Below the pieces are notes generated by a model. The model was not told the DNA's origin. It did not search any database and saw only the letters and a list, made by a program, of their open reading frames with translations. A program made the translations under genes and the position numbers. Below, one piece after another: positions 40,054-47,514 of a stretch of 64,000 bases of DNA. Each line of letters begins with the position of its first letter. The first letter of the stretch is position 1. Origin of the DNA: Planctomycetota bacterium (GTDB lineage Bacteria > Planctomycetota > UBA1135 > UBA2386); assembly GCA_965223545.1 (NCBI GenBank), contig OZ245006.1, positions 1,312,001-1,376,000 on the forward strand. The letters run 5' to 3'.

Positions 40054-42708
40054 ATGCGCACACCGCTGGGCATGGCTCTCTGTGTCCTCGCCGCTTGCTC
40101 GAGCGGTTCGGATGGCGTGCCGCCGCCCGGTGAAGACCCGGGCACCACCAGCACCGGCGGGACCGGGGGTACCGGCGGAACTGGGGGTACCGGGGGCACT
40201 GGCAGCACGGGGGGCTCTGGCGGAGGGTCCAGCGGCTCGGGCGGGGGATCCACACCGGCGCCGCCGCCTCCGCCTCCGCCGCCGCCTCCGCCAGCGACCG
40301 CCGAGGTCGCGGGCATCTTCCTCCCCGTGGCGATGTCGGGGACCGTTCCGCTGCGCTTCCGACTCCGCGACGACGGCAGCGTCGCGGCCGACGTGCAGGT
40401 CGAGTTCTCTCGCGACGGCGGAGCGACGTGGCTCGACGCCCACGTGGTCGGCCCATTGACCAACCTGGCGACCTCCCCGACCGGCGTCGACCACTCGTTG
40501 CAGTGGGACACCATGGCCGACGCCGGCTTTCGCGGTGAAGTCGGCATCCTCTTGCGGGTGACGCCCTTCCAGGGAGGGGTGAGCGGCACCGCGCGCAGTG
40601 TCGTCACTCCGGTCGCCGACAACTGGGCGGCCGCCCTCGCCGCCGCCGATTCGCAGATGACGCACTACGGTCCGCTGGACCCCGCGACGATCGCGCTGGC
40701 GGAGACGTTCGATGTCGTCGTCGTGCATCCCGAGTCCGGCGACGTCAGCGTCGCCCAGGTGCGCGAGATCCAGGACGGTGTCGATCCGGCCGACGCCAGC
40801 GACGACGTGTTCGTGCTCGGCTACATCTCGATCGGCGAGGACCTGCGCACGGTGGGGATGACCGACGCCGAGATGCTCGCCGACCCGCGCTTCGTCGGCG
40901 ACGGCACCGGGCCGCGCATCGACCCGCGTGGCCCCAATGCCGGCGGCCAGCCACTGACCGGCTTGGACCCTCTCGGCCTGCCCTCCAACGGCGGCACCGG
41001 GTTCGCGGCTTGGTATCTGGACGACAACTCGGTCGACAACAGTCCGACCAACGTCGGCGATGGGCTGCCGGACAGAAACGCCATCTTTGGCGGCTGCTTC
41101 GTCAATGCAGGCGACCCACAGTGGTTCGAAGCACTCGACCAGATGACCTACGACGGCATCGACCGCGTGCCGGGACTCCGCGAGCTGATGACGGTCGGAT
41201 TCGGCCGGGGCTACGCGCTGGACGGCGTCTTCCTCGACACGTTGGACACCTGTGCTCCCAACTCCTACACCAACGGCAGCAGCCCCAACCAGTCCGAGTT
41301 CGAATGGACAGCCGCGGGCTTTGGCGATTTCGTCGAACGCCTGCGCAATCGCTACCCGCGCAAGCTGATTCTGCAGAACCGCGCGCTCTTCTTCTTCGAC
41401 CCTCGCCACCCGCACTTCGAGGTGCACCCCGGCGACTGGGTCAACTTCGTGTACTTCGAGAGCTTCCGGCTCAACTCGAACGCGAGCGAGGAGTACAATC
41501 CGTACTTCTACGGCGACAACCGGTTCAACGTGTCGCCCAAGCTGATCGCCGAGTCACAGCGGCCGAACGGTTTTCGCGTGCTCTCCCTCGGCTACGCGGA
41601 AGGGCCGCCCGGCACGATGGCGTTGGAGACCCTGATCGGCCAGTCGACCGTCGGCCTCGCGTCGCTGACCGAAGACGTCGTGCAGACCGAGGACACGCTC
41701 GGGTATCTCCACTACATCACCGACGCGGGCCTGATCTTCGCCAACGACTTCGTGCGCCAAACCCGCGCGACCATCGACACCACGCCACCGGCCTGGACCA
41801 GCATCTACAACGCCAACAACCCGCCATTTCCGACGCCGCCATTGGCGCCGACGCCGCGCGTCGGCATCCAGCAGGTCGTGCCCGGTCCCGACTGCGCAGT
41901 GGTGCGCTGGGACGTCGCGATCGACAGCAACCCACTGGGCTACGCGCTCTACCATCAGGACACGCCGTTCGACTTCGTCAACGATCCCAACCTCAGCGGC
42001 GCAACGCGCACGGTGCTGACGCCGGGCGACGTCGCTGGCTATGCCAATCACTGGTCGGCGCCCCTGCCGTTCGAGGCCACTGTCACCGGCCTGACCGCCG
42101 GCACCCTGTATCACTTCTGCATCCGGGCCTTCGACATCCACGGCAACGAGGAGCAGAACCAGGTCGCCCTGAGCGCGACGCCGATCGGCATGGTGCCGAT
42201 CACCATCGATGGCGACTTCTCCGACTGGGCCATCGTACCGATCGCGCACACCGACCCGGCGGACGTGCCGGATTCGGCGGGACCCGACTGGCTCCAGCTC
42301 AAGATCACCAACGACCAAGACAATCTCTACCTGCGCTACACCTCGGAGAACGCCTTCAACCTCGACGGATCCCCCACCTACGGCTGGTCGCGCACTCTCC
42401 TGTTCTTCGATGTCGATGACGACCCGACAACGGGCTACCCCGTCACCGGCGCTGTAGGCAGCGAACTCCTGCTCAGCGGAGACGGCCTCTTCGCGCAGAC
42501 CGCCACTCAGTTCAACGCGGGCTTCCTGCGCACCATCGACATCAACCCGACCACCAGCGTCACCGAGTGCGAGCTCGCCATCCCCCTCCTCTGGATCCGC
42601 GCCGCCCACCCCACCGCCAGCCGAATCCGCATCGAGTTCGTCAACGACGACGTCAGCGACTACGCCCCCGACAACGCCCCGCTCTACTACACCCTGGCAA
42701 CTCGCTGA
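40054..42708 (+). CDS. Large lipoprotein: Gly/Thr and poly-Pro linker, GH114/PelA-like barrel, FnIII domain, C-terminal carbohydrate-binding-like domain
   Basis: Lipobox LAAC; GYISIGED, DGVFLDTLD, LQNRAL, FES; VTGLTAGTLYHFCIRAFD; ITIDGDFSDW. Confidence 0.75.
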   Translation: MRTPLGMALCVLAACSSGSDGVPPPGEDPGTTSTGGTGGTGGTGGTGGTGSTGGSGGGSSGSGGGSTPAPPPPPPPPPPPATAEVAGIFLPVAMSGTVPLRFRLRDDGSVAADVQVEFSRDGGATWLDAHVVGPLTNLATSPTGVDHSLQWDTMADAGFRGEVGILLRVTPFQGGVSGTARSVVTPVADNWAAALAAADSQMTHYGPLDPATIALAETFDVVVVHPESGDVSVAQVREIQDGVDPADASDDVFVLGYISIGEDLRTVGMTDAEMLADPRFVGDGTGPRIDPRGPNAGGQPLTGLDPLGLPSNGGTGFAAWYLDDNSVDNSPTNVGDGLPDRNAIFGGCFVNAGDPQWFEALDQMTYDGIDRVPGLRELMTVGFGRGYALDGVFLDTLDTCAPNSYTNGSSPNQSEFEWTAAGFGDFVERLRNRYPRKLILQNRALFFFDPRHPHFEVHPGDWVNFVYFESFRLNSNASEEYNPYFYGDNRFNVSPKLIAESQRPNGFRVLSLGYAEGPPGTMALETLIGQSTVGLASLTEDVVQTEDTLGYLHYITDAGLIFANDFVRQTRATIDTTPPAWTSIYNANNPPFPTPPLAPTPRVGIQQVVPGPDCAVVRWDVAIDSNPLGYALYHQDTPFDFVNDPNLSGATRTVLTPGDVAGYANHWSAPLPFEATVTGLTAGTLYHFCIRAFDIHGNEEQNQVALSATPIGMVPITIDGDFSDWAIVPIAHTDPADVPDSAGPDWLQLKITNDQDNLYLRYTSENAFNLDGSPTYGWSRTLLFFDVDDDPTTGYPVTGAVGSELLLSGDGLFAQTATQFNAGFLRTIDINPTTSVTECELAIPLLWIRAAHPTASRIRIEFVNDDVSDYAPDNAPLYYTLATR
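40147..40292 (+). repeat. Coding low-complexity repeat (GGT tripeptide run then poly-Pro)
   Basis: Degenerate 9-nt units encoding GGTGGTGGT..., then ccg/cct codons encoding PPPPPPPPPPP. Confidence 0.8.
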
Positions 42709-42715
42709 CCCCCGC

Positions 42716-43414
42716 CTACGCCGGCCGCTCAGCGAAGTCCAACCGCCCCCGCGACCGCCGCCACCCACCCTTCAGCAGCCAGGTCCGCGCCCGCACCGTC
42801 GGCCGCGCCACCGGCTCCGACAGCTCCACCACCTCGCGCCACCCGTCGAACCAAGGCCCCGACGAGTAGACGTCGATCGCCTGCCGCGGCCGCTGCCGGT
42901 GGTGCCAAGCATTCTGCAGCACATACACCAACGCCCGCCGCACCTCCGTCGGCGAGCGCAGCACCCGCTCGTGGAACCGCTCGGCAAACACCCGCCCCGA
43001 GCGCCCCCACAGCTTGTTCAACCCCCGCGCCATCCGCACCAGCAGCCCGGTCATCCCCCGCGTCAACGCCTCCCGATCCTTCGCCTCCACCAGAAGGTGC
43101 AAGTGATCGCGCTGCACCGAGAACTCCACCAACCGAAACCCGAACCGCCCACACCCCGCCCGGATCCGCTCCACCAACATCCAGTACGTCCGCGCATTCC
43201 GTAAGCCCGGCAACCCCCGACACAACCGCACCGTCACGTGCAACGGATACCGCGCCACCAACGCCCCCCGCGCCAAGTGCGGCACCGTCTCATCACTCAC
43301 CTTGGGCCGACCAGCCCCCTCCCGAGCCCCACCCCACTGCCGAAACGGCAGCTCACCCTGCACCACCCCACGGCGCCGTCCACCGCGCCCCGATCGAACT
43401 GCCTTGCTCGTCAT
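42716..43414 (-). CDS. REP-associated tyrosine transposase-like (HUH, Y1_Tnp/IS200 superfamily)
   Basis: PLHVTVRL, EFSVQRDHLHLLVEA (HUH), VFAERFHERVL, ALVYVLQN (catalytic Tyr), YSSG..FDGW; no tnpB nearby. Confidence 0.85.
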   Translation of the reverse strand: MTSKAVRSGRGGRRRGVVQGELPFRQWGGAREGAGRPKVSDETVPHLARGALVARYPLHVTVRLCRGLPGLRNARTYWMLVERIRAGCGRFGFRLVEFSVQRDHLHLLVEAKDREALTRGMTGLLVRMARGLNKLWGRSGRVFAERFHERVLRSPTEVRRALVYVLQNAWHHRQRPRQAIDVYSSGPWFDGWREVVELSEPVARPTVRARTWLLKGGWRRSRGRLDFAERPA

Positions 43415-43541
43415 TTGAATTAGCGACCTTATCAAAGAGGGAGTCCGCATGCAAGAACCCGAAAGGGAATCCGCGAAAGCGGCCGGCGATTCGCACGCAG
43501 CCTGCTCCCACCACCTCCAGCTCCAGAGCTGAAGGCTCGCC

Positions 43542-45089
43542 TCACCACGCCGAGTAGCCGCGGGGGGTTGCCCCCCCGCAGCTCTCACAGAACCGGACTT
43601 GTGGGTCACACATCCGGCTCTTCAGGACGGTATCCCCCAAAGGGGGCCGCCAGTCGTAGCGGCGCTCGTCCCAGAGCTTGGAGAGCGACACCAGCCGCTC
43701 AGCAAACCACTGATTGGGATAAGCGCGTTTGATCGCTCCCGAGTTGCTCTGCCACCACGTGCCACGCCGGCCAAACGCGGTGCGTGCAGCCGACTGCCAG
43801 CTGCACCCACGGGCGACAAGGTCTCGGAAGAGGTATCGCGGTCTCTTCTTCTGCCGAATGATGATCGCCCGCAGGCGTCGTCGAATATGGCCATCGAGAT
43901 TCCGCAAGGTCCGCCACGCGGCCTTCGTGATCAGCTGGAAGTAGCCGATCCAACCACGGAGGTAACGGTTCAGTCGTTCGATGCACCAGGACATCCGACC
44001 ACCCCAGGACCGCGGCGTAAGCTCACGGATTCGGGCGTCGATGCGATCCAGAGTGCGACGGGACAACTGCACCGTCAGCCAGCCCTTTCGAGTTGCGCCT
44101 ACGCGAAACCCGAGGAAGTGCCGGCGATGGGCCAGGTCGACGGAACTCTTCGCTTCGTTCACTTTCAGTCGCACGCGACGTTCGATGAACCTGCGAATCG
44201 AAGCCATGACCCGGTGTCCTGAGCGCTCGCTACCGACGTAGATATTGCAGTCGTCGGCGTAGCGCACAAAACGCAACCCGCGTCGTTCCAACTCCCAGTC
44301 CAATTCGTCCAGGACGATGTTGGACAGCAGAGGTGATAGCGGGCCGCCCTGGGGCGTTCCTTCTTCCGTGATGACGCGGGTGCCATCTGGAAGAACCACG
44401 TTCGCTTTCAGCATCAGGCGGATGATCCGCAGCACCCGACGGTCCTTCACCTTCTGAGCCAGCCGGTCCAGGAGGCGTTGGTGATGGACACGGTCGAAGA
44501 ACTTCTCCAAATCGATGTCCACCGTGTACCGCCGACCCTGCTTCACGTAACCCGCTGCTTCGGCGATCGCTGTGTGGGCTCCCCGCCTCGGCCGGAAGCC
44601 GTGGCTGCTGTCGTGGAACGTCGGGTCGTAGATCGGCTCCAGAATCTGGCGCACGGCCTGTTGGACCCAGCGGTCGATCACGGTTGGAATCCCGAGACCC
44701 CGCTGCCCACCACTGGGCTTCGGGATCCACACCCGACGAATATCGCCGGGCGCGTAGGTCTCCATGAGCAGAGCATCGCGGAGTTTCGGGAGCAGGTGTT
44801 TCGCATGACGCTTGACCTCTGACACCGTCTGTCCGTCGACGCCCGGGGCGCCCTTCTTGCTTACGACATGTGCCAGTGCGCTTCGCAGGTTGCCCTGCTC
44901 CGCGACCAGCTCCAGCAGATGGCAGTAGCCGTCCGCTGGCGGCGGAGCCGATTCCGATCGATGGCTGCAATCCGTCGTAGGCACCGACGTGGACTTCGTG
45001 GCAGATTCGTCTGCCCTTCCGGCCACGCCGTCCCCTTGCGGGCTCTCGGCGAAAGCGAACTGCAGTTGCCGTGGTTTCGGCTTTCTCAT
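43542..45089 (-). CDS. ltrA: Group II intron reverse transcriptase/maturase, no endonuclease domain
   Basis: GAPGVDG, RGLGIPTVIDR, SHGFRP, DLEKFFD, GTPQGGPLSPLLSNI, RYADDCNIYV, X-domain LRGWIGYF. Confidence 0.96.
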   Translation of the reverse strand: MRKPKPRQLQFAFAESPQGDGVAGRADESATKSTSVPTTDCSHRSESAPPPADGYCHLLELVAEQGNLRSALAHVVSKKGAPGVDGQTVSEVKRHAKHLLPKLRDALLMETYAPGDIRRVWIPKPSGGQRGLGIPTVIDRWVQQAVRQILEPIYDPTFHDSSHGFRPRRGAHTAIAEAAGYVKQGRRYTVDIDLEKFFDRVHHQRLLDRLAQKVKDRRVLRIIRLMLKANVVLPDGTRVITEEGTPQGGPLSPLLSNIVLDELDWELERRGLRFVRYADDCNIYVGSERSGHRVMASIRRFIERRVRLKVNEAKSSVDLAHRRHFLGFRVGATRKGWLTVQLSRRTLDRIDARIRELTPRSWGGRMSWCIERLNRYLRGWIGYFQLITKAAWRTLRNLDGHIRRRLRAIIIRQKKRPRYLFRDLVARGCSWQSAARTAFGRRGTWWQSNSGAIKRAYPNQWFAERLVSLSKLWDERRYDWRPPLGDTVLKSRMCDPQVRFCESCGGATPRGYSAW

Positions 45090-45582
45090 CCTGTCACCCC
45101 CTTCGCTCCACCGGCATTACCCGGCTTCATCACTACTACGGGGTGATCCGACTTCTCTGCATGCCTTGGTGGGTCGTCGTTGCCTCCTCCCCACCTACCG
45201 CTCGAAGCGGACACACAGAGATCTCCCTGGGTAAGAACGCAGAGTTTCGCGCCGCCGCCGATTCCAGTACTCCGAGGTCGCGACTGGATATCGGGCGTCA
45301 CGTTGGATGGCACGCTGACCCAGACCTCGAGAGCCTTACGGAACTTCGCTTTCGCTCGGTGCTGCGCTGCGTCTAGGGCTTCCATCCCACACGACCTCGC
45401 GGGAACAGCACGGCACGGTGTCCGTCCTGTTCTGGCATCCCGGATCAACACCGCGCACCGCCCTCTCGGACGGCACACGGCTCCCCTTTCTGCCTCGTGC
45501 AGCTGCCTTCGACTCATGGTTTCCTCCAGTACGGATCCATAAAGAACTTTCATCTTCAACTCTGCGCCCATGCCAGGCGCAA
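43549..45582 (-). mobile_element. Group II intron, class C-type
   Basis: 5' end TTGCGCCTGGCATGGGCG; domain V GAGCCGGATGTGTGACCCACAAGTCCGGTTC; domain VI GCTGCGGGGGGGCAACCCCCCGCGGCTACTCGGC; candidate EBS1 loop CATC (45306-45309) complementary to 5'-exon GATG; lower GC than the flanks. Confidence 0.88.
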
Positions 45583-45767
45583 CATCACCGACGACAGCGG
45601 TCCAAGACGAGGCACGGGTGCGACCGCCGCCGACGGTGACGGAGCTGAGGCGAGTGCGCACTACTCCGTGACGAACGCCCGATCTTGAATCCGTGACCTT
45701 CAGTTCGAGCCGCGCACCCAACCGCTGCTCTCGAGCCGGAGGCCGGGGAGCGTGCTTCTGGCACCGT

Positions 45768-46424
45768 TCAGAGGGCGCCGATGACGCCGATCAGCAGGAT
45801 CACGCCGATGGCGAAGCGAGCGACCTGTTTGCCTTGGCTGACTTCGGTGAGGGAGACGTCGCGGATCAGGAGGGGGTTGCCGGCGTGGTTGGCGGAGAGT
45901 CGGTAGACGCCGGAGAGGACGGTGGCGCGGCCTACGGTGGCTGGTGCTTCGATGCGGAACGGGACGTCGAACTGGGCGCTGGAGCCGGGGGGTACGGTGG
46001 CGATGGTCACCGGGGCGTGTTCGGCGCGTTGGAGATCGGCGAGCTGCTGGCTCTCGGCCTCGGGTGTGCGGGGGCCGGGTTCTCGGCGTTCGAGGTCGAA
46101 GTCGCTGCCGCGAATCACCCACATCTGGTCGCTGTCGTTGAAGGCGGTGAACGCGATCTCGAAGCGCAGGACGTGGCGGTCGGCGTGCTCCGGACATGGT
46201 CCACCGAGGGCGTAGGTGCAGTCTACCGACTCGGCCCTGGGTGCCGGCTCGCCCGGGGCCGCGTAGTCCAGGACCTCGCGGTGAAACCGGGTGCGCAACG
46301 CTCGATCGCCGCGCGCGGTGAAGCCACTCTGCGGGTCGACGACCAGCATGGGCGTCGTCTGGCACCCCGCTAGCGCGAGCGCCAGCAACAGCGCTGCGAA
46401 ACCCATCCATCTCGAGCCGCACAT
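45768..46424 (-). CDS. Hypothetical lipoprotein with C-terminal hydrophobic segment
   Basis: TGATG coupling to the upstream gene; LALAGC lipobox. Confidence 0.65.
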   Translation of the reverse strand: MCGSRWMGFAALLLALALAGCQTTPMLVVDPQSGFTARGDRALRTRFHREVLDYAAPGEPAPRAESVDCTYALGGPCPEHADRHVLRFEIAFTAFNDSDQMWVIRGSDFDLERREPGPRTPEAESQQLADLQRAEHAPVTIATVPPGSSAQFDVPFRIEAPATVGRATVLSGVYRLSANHAGNPLLIRDVSLTEVSQGKQVARFAIGVILLIGVIGAL

Positions 46425-47374
46425 CACCACCACCTCCGCAGCTGCTCGCTCAGCGTGTTCAAGTCGAAGCTCAGCATCAGTCCCATGGTCGGCCCATAGT
46501 CCGTGCTGTTGAGAATGTCGTTCCAGATCTCGAACGTGAGCCCCGTCGCCCACGCGAACCGGGCGCTGATGAAGCGCGTGCCGATCGGTTCGTCGTCGAA
46601 GTCGACGAAGAAGCCGCTGTCGTAGGTGAACGTCAGACCGACCTCCGGGTTGCCCAACCACTGCCACACGGTCGACGAACTCTCGATGCGCCGCGGCTCG
46701 TAGCCGACGTAGGCCTGCACGATGTTGTTGAAGTGCGCCAGGTTGTCGAACGCATCGCCAGGCCGCGGAAACGCGACGCGGTCCTGCAAACCGAGCTTCA
46801 GCGACCATTCCGGAATGCGCAGCTCGAATCCGGCTTGCGCGAACGGCTCCTGGTAGAGCGTGCCGAGGTTGGCGCCGGCGCCGGCAAAAACCCTGGTGCG
46901 CCAGCGGTCCCCCTCGACCACCTCGGGCTCGAACAAGCCGACACCGCGCCACTGCCAGTGCAGCGCGCCTCCGCCGTAGTAGTCGACCTCGTCGCGAGAC
47001 GCTCCCACGGGAACGCGATCCAACCCCCACGAGTTGTGCAGGTATTCGTTCTGCAGGAATCGCGTCGGCTGATCGCTCGTCGGCCCCCCGCCGGCCCACA
47101 CCGAGAACGTCACATCCGGGAGCGCCGGCAGACGGTCGGCCACCGACAGCGTGAGCATGTTGAAGCCCATCGACTCGTCGATGCCGTTGTACTTGGTGCC
47201 GGTCTTGCTGAATTCGGTGAAGCGGTTGAACGAGAGCGTCGCGCGCACTTCGGGGTGCTGCGGAGGGAACGTGTTCGCCCCCCAATGCGGATCGGGTGCG
47301 CCGCCCTGGGCAGCGACCGCGGCGCCAAGCGCTGGCATGAGCGATAACGAGATGAGACAGAGACGTTTTCGCAT
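46424..47374 (-). CDS. Outer-membrane beta-barrel, possibly LpxR (lipid A deacylase)-like
   Basis: Signal ...AVAA-Q; amphipathic strands; GGPTS...LQNEYLH resembles the LpxR Q-x-x-x-H region. Function tentative. Confidence 0.5.
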   Translation of the reverse strand: MRKRLCLISLSLMPALGAAVAAQGGAPDPHWGANTFPPQHPEVRATLSFNRFTEFSKTGTKYNGIDESMGFNMLTLSVADRLPALPDVTFSVWAGGGPTSDQPTRFLQNEYLHNSWGLDRVPVGASRDEVDYYGGGALHWQWRGVGLFEPEVVEGDRWRTRVFAGAGANLGTLYQEPFAQAGFELRIPEWSLKLGLQDRVAFPRPGDAFDNLAHFNNIVQAYVGYEPRRIESSSTVWQWLGNPEVGLTFTYDSGFFVDFDDEPIGTRFISARFAWATGLTFEIWNDILNSTDYGPTMGLMLSFDLNTLSEQLRRWW

Positions 47375-47514
47375 GGCCGACTTCTCGCGCGGGAGCCCCC
47401 CGGCAAGAAGTTCGAACGACGAGGCGACGGGTCGCCCGACGCTTTTTTTGGAAAACCGCCTTGGGATCCCGCCCGGAATCACATTCCGGCGGGTGAACCC
47501 ATCGAGGCCAACCA

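Noticed and set aside
40147..40292. Tandem repeats as a CRISPR array or contingency locus
   Set aside because: Degenerate in-frame codon repeats encoding a Gly/Thr/Pro linker; no spacers.
43415..43609. N-terminal extension of the transposase ORF to 43609
   Set aside because: It runs through intron domains V/VI and the hairpin region; ATG 43414 is the plausible start.
43542..45089. RT as a DGR, retron or CRISPR-associated RT
   Set aside because: YADD motif, maturase X domain and flanking domain V/VI RNA identify a group II intron; no TR/VR pair, msr-msd or cas genes were seen.
45583..45654. Intron target as an integron attC site or intrinsic terminator
   Set aside because: No RYYYAAC/GTTRRRY boxes, no integrase or cassette array in the window, and no poly-U tract.
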